DNA of 19,323 bases, filler included, from an uncultured Methanosarcinales archaeon (GTDB taxonomy: Archaea; Nanobdellota; Nanobdellia; Woesearchaeales; CAYSVS01): the NCBI GenBank assembly GCA_964589485.1. It is 2 parts of 2 records of this genome, joined end to end, with 100 filler letters (N's around TTAATTAATTAA, not from the genome) between each part and the next. Parts side by side here need not be neighbours in the genome. Positions count along the whole stretch, not along the records: positions 1 to 9,810 come from CAZPRK010000021.1; 1 more part is not named here. The stretch is one strand, 5' to 3'. The position numbers and the translations under genes are program-made. Positions 1 through 7,411 of the stretch are shown here, piece by piece; position 1 is the first letter of the stretch; every line of letters starts with the position of its first letter. Below the pieces are notes generated by a model that saw nothing but the letters and a program-made list of their open reading frames with translations, was not told the origin of the DNA and searched no databases.

Positions 1-1343
1 TTTTGTTTTTCTTTTAATAATTGTTTTATTTTGCCTAATATTTTGTGTTCTTTATTTTCTTCATCTTCAATTTCTTTTATTATATCGCTTTCTTCAGTTT
101 CAGAACCATTCTCATTTCTTTTCCTTATGAACAATACTAATAATATAATAGCAATTAAACCACCAACTCCACCGCCTAATTCCCATCCTGAGAAACCATC
201 ATCTTTTTCATCTTGTTCTGGAGTTAGGGTAACTTGAGGGTTACTTTTCAAAAAATCATAGTACCTTTGAATGATGTTAATAATACCATTTGCCCAATTT
301 GGATCTTCTTGATTATATAATTGTTGAACATCTTTTACTAATTTAAAAACGTCTTTATGATTTTTGTATGAATCAACATAACTTCTATAGTTTCCTTTAG
401 ATCCATTTTTTAAAGTGATGGTATTTTGATTATACATTTTACTTACAAAACCGTTTACTGAACCTATTTGTGAACTGTACTTTTTACAAGTAGTACCTTC
501 GCAAGGATATCCTTCCTCTCCTTTTTTAGCATGAATTCCAAATAGATTATTACCTTTTGTAATGTACTCTGATTTTTTATTTGCTACGGCCCAACCGCTT
601 TCCCATGCACTAACTGCCATTATATATTCGGAAGGTAAATCTTTATTTAGTGAAAAAAAACTATTAACTGTTTTTCTTTTGTATCCATGATTTTTATTTT
701 CTCTATTAATAAAAGCCCACATTAAATCTGAATTAGATTGAAGTTCATCATCTAAAATAATTTCACTAGGTGTTGTACTCCCGCTTTCAAACTCTTCTTC
801 AACAACTAAACTAGGGGAAGTACTTCCTTCAAAAGTTTCAGTTAAACTTTCTCCAAAGTTATTGGCTAAGTCACCCCAACCGTACAAAAACCCAACCAAT
901 AACACAGTTGTAATTAAAGCTAAAATAAAACTCCATATTCCATTTGCACCCATGCTTTGAAATAATTTAAAAAATAATATAAAAACAGCTAATATGATAA
1001 AAACTCCAGCAACTGGAAATAAATTTTTAACAGTAAGTTTTCCGCTCCAAACTAATGCTAATGATAACGCAAAACCAAAAGTAATTCCTATAACATTCGC
1101 TGAACGAGTATGATTTTCTCCTGCCCATGCTCTTAACCCTATTAAACTAAATGAAGTTAACAATGCAAAAAATACAAAGAAATCAACTACTTTAGTTCCG
1201 GTAGGACCAAGCGTAGTTAAAAATCCACCTAATTTAGCAAACGCTCCTTGAACTGCATTTTTAGATCTACTTATAAAAATAGGTTCAGCTAATACGCTTA
1301 AACTATTTAAAATAACCATTATGACTAATATTATTTTTTTCAT
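1..1343 (-). CDS. Multipass membrane protein with extracellular GH73 (glucosaminidase/FlgJ-like) lysozyme-fold domain; 3'-partial, >=447 aa; absent from ORF track
   Basis: Manual translation from ATG at 1343 is open to the window edge. It shows a signal peptide (MKKIILVIMVILNSLSVLA|EP), 4 hydrophobic helices and an acidic linker. It then reads IMAVSAWESGW (Glu codon 600-602), GNNLFGIH, KKYSSQIGSV and LYNQEDPNWANGIINIIQRY, matching GH73 motifs AxxESGWG / NNLFGIK / YxS / YATDPxYAxKLxxII. A TM helix (GVGGLIAIILLVLFI), RKR and a charged tail follow. Confidence 0.85.
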   Translation of the reverse strand, partial: MKKIILVIMVILNSLSVLAEPIFISRSKNAVQGAFAKLGGFLTTLGPTGTKVVDFFVFFALLTSFSLIGLRAWAGENHTRSANVIGITFGFALSLALVWSGKLTVKNLFPVAGVFIILAVFILFFKLFQSMGANGIWSFILALITTVLLVGFLYGWGDLANNFGESLTETFEGSTSPSLVVEEEFESGSTTPSEIILDDELQSNSDLMWAFINRENKNHGYKRKTVNSFFSLNKDLPSEYIMAVSAWESGWAVANKKSEYITKGNNLFGIHAKKGEEGYPCEGTTCKKYSSQIGSVNGFVSKMYNQNTITLKNGSKGNYRSYVDSYKNHKDVFKLVKDVQQLYNQEDPNWANGIINIIQRYYDFLKSNPQVTLTPEQDEKDDGFSGWELGGGVGGLIAIILLVLFIRKRNENGSETEESDIIKEIEDEENKEHKILGKIKQLLKEKQ

Positions 1344-1344
1344 T

Positions 1345-2481
1345 TTATACTGCTTTATCCATTTCCTCTTCATATTGACCTAAACTTTGCCCAACTTGAT
1401 TCATTGCTTTTGGAACTATTTTTTGAAATTCAGAAATGTCTGAATTTACTTTTTCTATTCTTTTCATGCTAAGATTGATATTTTTATATATCTCTGTAAT
1501 CATTTCTTTTTTAACAACTTTTTCATGATCTTTTAAACTATTAATCCATCCGACAGACTTTGTTATGTATAATGCGTGTTTTTTAATATCTTGATACTTT
1601 AATGCAATTGTTTCTCTTAAACTTTCTAATTGTATTAATTTTTTATCGTAATTTATTAATAACTCTTCTTTTCTAATATTAAACCTAGCTATTTCTTTAA
1701 TTCTTTTCCTACACAGGTTAATAATGCTTTCATTTATTTTTCTTCCTTCATTTTCAATTTTTTGTATTCTTTCTTCTAAAATTTTAGCAATACCTATAGT
1801 GGCATCTCTTTCAGAACTAACTAAATATTTATTATCACTTAATTCGTTTAATTTCTTAGTCATAAAATCTAACCATGCTTGATGATTTTCATGAACATTT
1901 TCTTCTTCATTCAATAATGCGTTTTTAAAACTAGTATCTCCATACTCTTCAAACCTATGGGCTATTGTTCTAATTTGTTTAATAAAATGTTTTCTAAAGA
2001 ATTCCCATTTTTTTTGTTCACCGGACTCTGTTAATTTATCATGTAACTCATTTAAATAATCTAATTCTCTTTGATAAAAGAAAACTCTTTTGAAAAAATT
2101 AGATTTAGTGATTTTTTTAACTAATTTTCTATCTCCCATTTGCGCTAAATGATTAAGGTAATTTCTAATTTCATCTATAAAATGTTGCACTGTTCCAGTA
2201 TGAGTTCCTGATAATAAATTATTTCTAACTTCTTCAAGATATTCCTTTTCATTTTCAGGTGGAAGTTTAAGTTTATTAATTTGTTTAACTAAATTACTTT
2301 CTGGGTTTAGTTTAATTAATTCTTGAATTAATAATTTAACATTAACTGTACCTGATCTAATAACCCCTTTTAACATATTTGATTCATATGAAAATGATAT
2401 ATTCTTAACTTTACTAGTAACTTCTTTGACCTTTTCTAGGTCAACATTTCTCTTTCCTGTGAATATTTCAACTATTTTCAT
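1345..2481 (-). CDS. Hypothetical alpha-helical/coiled-coil protein, 378 aa
   Basis: Long K/E/L/I-rich ORF with heptad-like C-terminal half and no TM or catalytic motif seen. Its stop is 1 nt from the next ATG (1343). Confidence 0.8.
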   Translation of the reverse strand: MKIVEIFTGKRNVDLEKVKEVTSKVKNISFSYESNMLKGVIRSGTVNVKLLIQELIKLNPESNLVKQINKLKLPPENEKEYLEEVRNNLLSGTHTGTVQHFIDEIRNYLNHLAQMGDRKLVKKITKSNFFKRVFFYQRELDYLNELHDKLTESGEQKKWEFFRKHFIKQIRTIAHRFEEYGDTSFKNALLNEEENVHENHQAWLDFMTKKLNELSDNKYLVSSERDATIGIAKILEERIQKIENEGRKINESIINLCRKRIKEIARFNIRKEELLINYDKKLIQLESLRETIALKYQDIKKHALYITKSVGWINSLKDHEKVVKKEMITEIYKNINLSMKRIEKVNSDISEFQKIVPKAMNQVGQSLGQYEEEMDKAV

Positions 2482-2653
2482 TTTTTGATAAGTTTGGGTT
2501 ATTAAAGTTTAAATTTAATGATCTTTCATTTAATTTTTTATCCTTTGTCGATATTGTAATCTCTGGTTCTGTTTGTTGTTTGCTATTAGATGAATGTGTA
2601 AATATTTTTGGTACATTATTAGTATTAAGATCAGTTGTATTCCCATTATCTCC

Positions 2654-4408
2654 TTACTCTACAACAACCTCTTCTTTAACTTCACTTGGTTCAAGAGCCT
2701 TATCACACAAAGCTTTAATTTCTTCTGAAAGATTTTCAATTTCTCTATCTTTTTCATCTCTTTGTGTAATTAGAATATTGATATTTCTATCTTTGTCTGT
2801 GTATTCCCTAGTTAACTCTTGAATAGGTTTTAGGATTTTTTCTAAATCTAACATGTATGCGTTAAAGGTTTCATCTTGTTTTTCTGAAGTAATTTTTTCT
2901 CTTATGATTTCTTGTAAACTTTTTTTAATGTCAATTTCATTACACATATTTCTAAATCCACTTTCATCTAGTTGTGAAATATTTTGTCTTGCGCCCATTG
3001 CTTGATAATTTGTCCAAGCAGTTTTAATAGCGTTAATTCTTTGATTTCCTAAGTCATTCAAGCTTCTATTAAATTTAAATATACTTTTCTTGCTTCCATA
3101 CTTATGTTTATCTATTGAATTTTGAAGTTTGTTACGTTCTTTTTCTAAATTTTTAAATTCTTTAGTTTTTTTCTTAATTTTTTTACTAACTGCACTTTCT
3201 TTTCTAAACCATGCAGCTATATCTAAAAGCTCTTTTGACGTTTTTTTAAGAAAATTCCATGCATTTTTGGCAATTTCTTTAGTATATTTTTGTATTTTTT
3301 GTTTACCTGCTTCTTTAATTGCTTTATTAAATCCAGTATCTAAAGCTCCTGATTCAAAAATTGCACCTAAAAAATAACCCACAATCATATTTCCTATAAA
3401 ATTAGTACTTGGGAACAGTGGAGCTAATGGTTCCCCTCCTATTTTTATTCCGCTTGCAACTCCATGAACTATTGCAAATGATAAAGACCATGCCCATTCC
3501 CATGAGACTGTTTTTTCAAACTTCTTCCTTAATACAAATATGAATAATATGTATGCAATTGATTTTACTGTAGTTAATCCTGTTCCGCCATTAGAAGCCA
3601 TTGCTGCTAAATATATAGCTAAAGCCCAACCAATTCCTTTAGATTCTAATTCAAAATAACCTAACAATAACCATGAATATAATAAAACTGAAATGATAAA
3701 TACGCCTAATGGGTAATGAGTTTCTCCGCCAACAATTGCACTGGTTGCTAAAATACCGTACTTGATATTATCTCCAACATTATAATACCCTGAATGTCCA
3801 GTGCTATCTCTTTCACCAAGTAAAAACTTTTCACCACCAACAATAAACTCCATATCCCAAATATATTCATCTACGTGTTGTGAACCATCAAATGCTGCTG
3901 CATGTGCACTCATTATTGCAATTACAACACTTAACAAAATAAACGCAATTTTGCCAGTATTATCATCTTTAAATGTATCTTTCATAAAAAAACTTTTAAT
4001 AACAACAAAAATCAAGCTAAGTATTGCAATATTAACAATTGGCTTTACTGTTAATCCTCCATCAAACCAATATAACCAACTGATAGATTTATTGCTGTTA
4101 AGAGCTTTATAGATCCATTCTATACTTCCGAATTTGAAACTTAAAACTAAAGATAGTGCTGCTAACATAAAATAAATAATGTATTTTTGTGCATTACCGC
4201 TACTCCAATACCCATTACTTGAATTTAATTGTTCTTTTAATCCAGGAATGAAACTTGATAAAATTAAAATTGCAAAAAATATAATTACAAAGTTTCCAAT
4301 TAATATTCCCCATTTTATTTGACTAAATGTGATGGCTAAAGCAACATTGCTCATTAAAGTAGCAACTATGAAAAACATTACAATTTTTAATAAATTGTTA
4401 TTTTTCAT
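2654..4408 (-). CDS. Multipass membrane protein with C-terminal coiled coil, 584 aa (frame stays open to 2468 past the TAA)
   Basis: Signal-peptide-like N-terminus (..SNVALA), about 9-10 hydrophobic segments in the first ~350 aa, then a K/E-rich coiled coil. ATGA overlap with the ATPase gene at 4405-4408. Confidence 0.85.
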   Translation of the reverse strand: MKNNNLLKIVMFFIVATLMSNVALAITFSQIKWGILIGNFVIIFFAILILSSFIPGLKEQLNSSNGYWSSGNAQKYIIYFMLAALSLVLSFKFGSIEWIYKALNSNKSISWLYWFDGGLTVKPIVNIAILSLIFVVIKSFFMKDTFKDDNTGKIAFILLSVVIAIMSAHAAAFDGSQHVDEYIWDMEFIVGGEKFLLGERDSTGHSGYYNVGDNIKYGILATSAIVGGETHYPLGVFIISVLLYSWLLLGYFELESKGIGWALAIYLAAMASNGGTGLTTVKSIAYILFIFVLRKKFEKTVSWEWAWSLSFAIVHGVASGIKIGGEPLAPLFPSTNFIGNMIVGYFLGAIFESGALDTGFNKAIKEAGKQKIQKYTKEIAKNAWNFLKKTSKELLDIAAWFRKESAVSKKIKKKTKEFKNLEKERNKLQNSIDKHKYGSKKSIFKFNRSLNDLGNQRINAIKTAWTNYQAMGARQNISQLDESGFRNMCNEIDIKKSLQEIIREKITSEKQDETFNAYMLDLEKILKPIQELTREYTDKDRNINILITQRDEKDREIENLSEEIKALCDKALEPSEVKEEVVVE

Positions 4409-5508
4409 TTTAGTTCCTCTTTTGAAATATTTTTTGAATCTAAAACTAATACATGATAAATGTAAAATTGCATTACTTCTTCTGAAATAGAGAAATATTT
4501 GTCATTTTTAGAAATTAAATCAACTTCCAATAATCGATCTACTAAACTTTTTGTAACTGGTCCGCTTCTATATATTTTTGAAGCAATTTCTGTTAACCTT
4601 AATGGTTTATTTTGAGCTAAAACTTTAAGAATATTAAATAAGAGCGTTTGTCCTCTTGCTCTAGAAAGATTTTCATGAAGCGAAAAACGCAAGGCATTAT
4701 AAATAATACCTTGTTCATTTAACACTTCATGAATGTACGCTTTATCTACAGATTTTAACTCTTTGTATTTATTACAAATTGCTAAGGTAAACATGGGGAT
4801 TCCATTAGATAAAGCATATATTCTGTCAACCTCTTTTTCCCCAGTGATTTTGAATTTATTAGTTAATTGTTTTACAGTTTCTCTGTCAAATTCATTCATG
4901 GTTTCTGTTTTTAATTTTAATTTTTGAGAAATAGTTGTCATTTCGTATTTAGCGCTACTACTACAAACTAAATTAGTTTTTTTCCAATTTAAATTAATTA
5001 TAGATAATATGTCTTTAATTTGTAAGAAATTATTAAATTCAAGTATTTTATGAAACTCGTCCAGAAAAAGCATGCAATGAAAATCATCTTCTTGAGCCCA
5101 TTTATCTAGAAATGAAAAACTCCACTCAATTAATTTCTGTTGATTTGGTTTAATTTTTTCTAGTTCGTTTTTAATCTCTTTTACTATACTTAATCCAGGA
5201 AATTTTAATTTTAAGATTTCTTCGAATGTTAATTTTTCATTTTTAATTTGAGAAACACATTTTTCAATAAATTCAACTGAAAAACTTTCTGGGCTTAAAC
5301 TAATTTTTTCTAAGTCGACATAAACATTTTTTATGTCTTTATTTTTAAGAATTATTTGTTTTATTGTACTTGTTTTACCAATATTTCTATTCCCTATAAT
5401 TGCACTATGAGAAATGTGACCTTTTTTTAGATTTTCTTTATTTTTTCTAAATAACTCTAAGAAATACTCTCTTCCTGTAAATAATTCGTTTGTTTCCAAT
5501 ATTTCCAT
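4405..5508 (-). CDS. Archaeal ATPase (ATPase_2/AAA-type P-loop) with C-terminal winged helix-turn-helix
   Basis: N-terminal FTGRE, Walker A GNRNIGKTS, Walker B MLFLDEFH and GIP motif. The C-terminal ILKVLAQNKPLRLTEIASKIYRSGPVTKSLVDRLLEVDLISKNDKYF is a typical wHTH. Confidence 0.88.
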   Translation of the reverse strand: MEILETNELFTGREYFLELFRKNKENLKKGHISHSAIIGNRNIGKTSTIKQIILKNKDIKNVYVDLEKISLSPESFSVEFIEKCVSQIKNEKLTFEEILKLKFPGLSIVKEIKNELEKIKPNQQKLIEWSFSFLDKWAQEDDFHCMLFLDEFHKILEFNNFLQIKDILSIINLNWKKTNLVCSSSAKYEMTTISQKLKLKTETMNEFDRETVKQLTNKFKITGEKEVDRIYALSNGIPMFTLAICNKYKELKSVDKAYIHEVLNEQGIIYNALRFSLHENLSRARGQTLLFNILKVLAQNKPLRLTEIASKIYRSGPVTKSLVDRLLEVDLISKNDKYFSISEEVMQFYIYHVLVLDSKNISKEELK

Positions 5509-5550
5509 CTTTAATTATACCAATTGGCATTAAACTTAATCTATATTCTT

Positions 5551-5565
5551 CTATTTAAATGTTTG
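5551..5565 (-). promoter_or_regulatory. BRE/TATA promoter of the ATPase operon
   Basis: Minus strand CAAACATTTAAATAG, with TATA box at 5559-5552, about 44 nt upstream of ATG 5508. Confidence 0.55.
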
Positions 5566-5588
5566 TTTTTTAGTCGACAATTTTTATT

Positions 5589-5642
5589 AAAAAAATAAAA
5601 AAAGTGCCTTGAAATTTGGGGGTAGGTATATTTTCAAGGCAC
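5589..5642 (-). terminator. 11-bp stem hairpin followed by U-tract (intrinsic terminator-like)
   Basis: GTGCCTTGAAA (5604-5614) pairs with TTTCAAGGCAC (5632-5642). On the minus strand it is followed by T7-A-T7 (5603-5589), and the loop contains CCTACCCCC. Confidence 0.6.
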
Positions 5643-5690
5643 AAAATTAAATGTGCTTTTAGTATTTATACCATTTAGTATATTTCTTAT

Positions 5691-5707
5691 TTTATATAAA
5701 TGTTTCT
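5691..5707 (-). promoter_or_regulatory. Second BRE/TATA promoter upstream of the hairpin
   Basis: Minus strand AGAAACATTTATATAAA shares AAACATTTAWATA with the promoter at 5551-5565. No ORF lies between it and the hairpin. Confidence 0.5.
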
Positions 5708-5810
5708 ATTTTTTATTAATTTTATGTTTAAAAAATAGTCCATTTGGTATTTTTAATATTTTATTAATTAATTTAACTTAACTATGCCATTCTGTATACT
5801 TTCTTCTTTA

Positions 5811-5828
5811 CAGCAAGATATTTAAATA
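5811..5828 (+). promoter_or_regulatory. TATA promoter of rpl35Ae (probably leaderless or short leader)
   Basis: CAGCAAGATATTTAAATA, with TATA at 5821-5828, 20 nt before ATG 5849. No SD seen. Confidence 0.5.
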
Positions 5829-5848
5829 AACTAATATTTCTGGCTATA

Positions 5849-6106
5849 ATGAAAGGTTTAATACAAAGTTACAGAAGAAGTAAGCATTGTCAGACACCAA
5901 ATCAAGTTATTGTTCTGGTACCAAGCGTTGACACTAAAGAAAAAGCAAAAGAGTTTGTAGGAAAGAAAGTAACATGGACAACTCCTGCAAAAAACGTTAT
6001 TAACGGTGAAGTTAGATCTTCGCATGGTAATTCTGGTGCAATAAGAGTATTATTTGAGAAAGGTATGCCTGGTCAATGTTTAGCAACTGAAGTTCAAATC
6101 GAATAG
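5849..6106 (+). CDS. rpl35ae: 50S ribosomal protein L35Ae (eL33)
   Basis: 85 aa with the family signature SYRRSKH.Q.PNQ ... GKKV.W ... G.V...HGNSGAIRV.F.KGMPGQ. Confidence 0.96.
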   Translation: MKGLIQSYRRSKHCQTPNQVIVLVPSVDTKEKAKEFVGKKVTWTTPAKNVINGEVRSSHGNSGAIRVLFEKGMPGQCLATEVQIE

Positions 6107-6142
6107 GTATTTTATTATTATATGTATTAATTAGTGATAACT

Positions 6143-7411
6143 ATGGCGAAATACAATCAAAGAGAATTAATGGATCTTTTTTTAAAAAATAGATTAACTG
6201 ATCAAGATTTAAAAGATTCTGGTTTTAGGATAGATAGAGGCGATGGAATCAAGTTTATTCAATTAGCTGATGAATCTGATATTAAGTTAGCATCTGAAGT
6301 TCTTTCAATAAAGGAAAATCGGTTATTGGGGAAAGGTGTTAAAGGTAGACCTTTAGAATTTCTTTTACAAAAAAAACAAGGTTTTTCGGATATGGGTATA
6401 ACAGAAATTAAACGGTTGTATTATGATCATAGTGTGCTTGATGATAAGTTGAATCCGAATTCTTTTCCAATTTCAGATTTTGTGGTTATGTTAGGAAGTG
6501 GAGCATTCAAGGAAGAAGTTTTCAAAAGGTCTTTTAGAGAAACCAAAACAAAAAGTCTTGAAGAAATTTATTTTGATCAGATTAGGGGAAAAGATATGTA
6601 TAAATTTTGTTTTTCTGAACAAGGTATTTATGCAATGGATGCAAATTCTTTATTAAAATATTTTGATATTGCTTATGATGGTGGAAAAATAAAACCTAGT
6701 TTGTTGAAAATGATTAGGTATATTGCATCTGAAAGATTTAAGGTTAATGTGGATATATTTATGAACAAATCACGTGAAGCTATTGATAATTTACACCAAA
6801 TAAGAAATTTGGAAGTACAGACTCCTTTAGAAAGAGAATTTATTGGTTTTGATTCATTACAAGATGAAGATTGGTTTTTACATTTTGATAATTTTGGAGA
6901 TATTCTGGTTGATTTACAAACAAAGATGTTAAATAAGCCTAATTTGTATCCTCATATGGCTCAAAAATATACAATGCTTTCTTATTTTGTTGACTTACCT
7001 GATTTGGAAGATTTTGTTAAAGAATTATTTTCTAAGAATTTACATAGATTTGGTAAAATGCCAGCAATATTGTTAAGTGATGAGGCTTACGATGGAGCCA
7101 TAAGGGAAGTATATGATTCTAGAATTAGAGAACTTGAGGGAAAAGATCCATATTTTGCATTAAACGTTATTTCGCATTTGGAAACTAATTTGAATTTTAG
7201 TGTTTCTGATATAAGGGGCGAAAGAGCAAAACATCATAGGCAAGTTCTTTCAGGATTAAGGTTGGAAAGTGTTAAACGACTTACTGATGAACAATTTGCA
7301 ACTTTATCAAGAAAACCAAATGCATACAATGGTTTACCTGAAATTAGAAATTATGTGTTAAATAGATTTAAACTATTAGATCAAAAAGAATATAATAACA
7401 GGAATCATTAG
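6143..7411 (+). CDS. Hypothetical soluble protein, ~422 aa
   Basis: Long ORF with host-like codon use. ATG 6143 is preferred over GTG 6134 because SD-like AGTGAT precedes it. No motif recognised; the 3' end overlaps tctA convergently by 36 nt. Confidence 0.75.
   Translation: MAKYNQRELMDLFLKNRLTDQDLKDSGFRIDRGDGIKFIQLADESDIKLASEVLSIKENRLLGKGVKGRPLEFLLQKKQGFSDMGITEIKRLYYDHSVLDDKLNPNSFPISDFVVMLGSGAFKEEVFKRSFRETKTKSLEEIYFDQIRGKDMYKFCFSEQGIYAMDANSLLKYFDIAYDGGKIKPSLLKMIRYIASERFKVNVDIFMNKSREAIDNLHQIRNLEVQTPLEREFIGFDSLQDEDWFLHFDNFGDILVDLQTKMLNKPNLYPHMAQKYTMLSYFVDLPDLEDFVKELFSKNLHRFGKMPAILLSDEAYDGAIREVYDSRIRELEGKDPYFALNVISHLETNLNFSVSDIRGERAKHHRQVLSGLRLESVKRLTDEQFATLSRKPNAYNGLPEIRNYVLNRFKLLDQKEYNNRNH

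Larger units (their letters stand above)
5516..5798. promoter_or_regulatory. Four imperfect copies of 16-bp palindrome TATACCAWWTGGTATA (putative operators)
   Basis: 5516-5531 TATACCAATTGGCATT; 5667-5682 TATACCATTTAGTATA; 5736-5751 TAGTCCATTTGGTATT; 5783-5798 TATGCCATTCTGTATA. Confidence 0.65.

Noticed and set aside
653..660. A8 homopolymer within the GH73 gene as a phase-variation site
   Set aside because: Runs of 7-9 A/T are frequent throughout this AT-rich window and the frame is intact.
5516..5798. Degenerate CRISPR array
   Set aside because: The repeats are only 16 bp, irregularly spaced (151, 69 and 47 nt) and divergent, and no cas genes are present.
4405..5848. Cdc6/Orc1 plus oriC (AAA+-wHTH gene next to an AT-rich region with repeats)
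   Set aside because: The Walker motifs (GNRNIGKTS, LDEFH) and the GIP motif fit the archaeal ATPase_2 family, not Cdc6. The boxes are palindromic and lack the ORB consensus TTCCAGTGGAAAC plus G-string. An unconventional origin is not strictly excluded.
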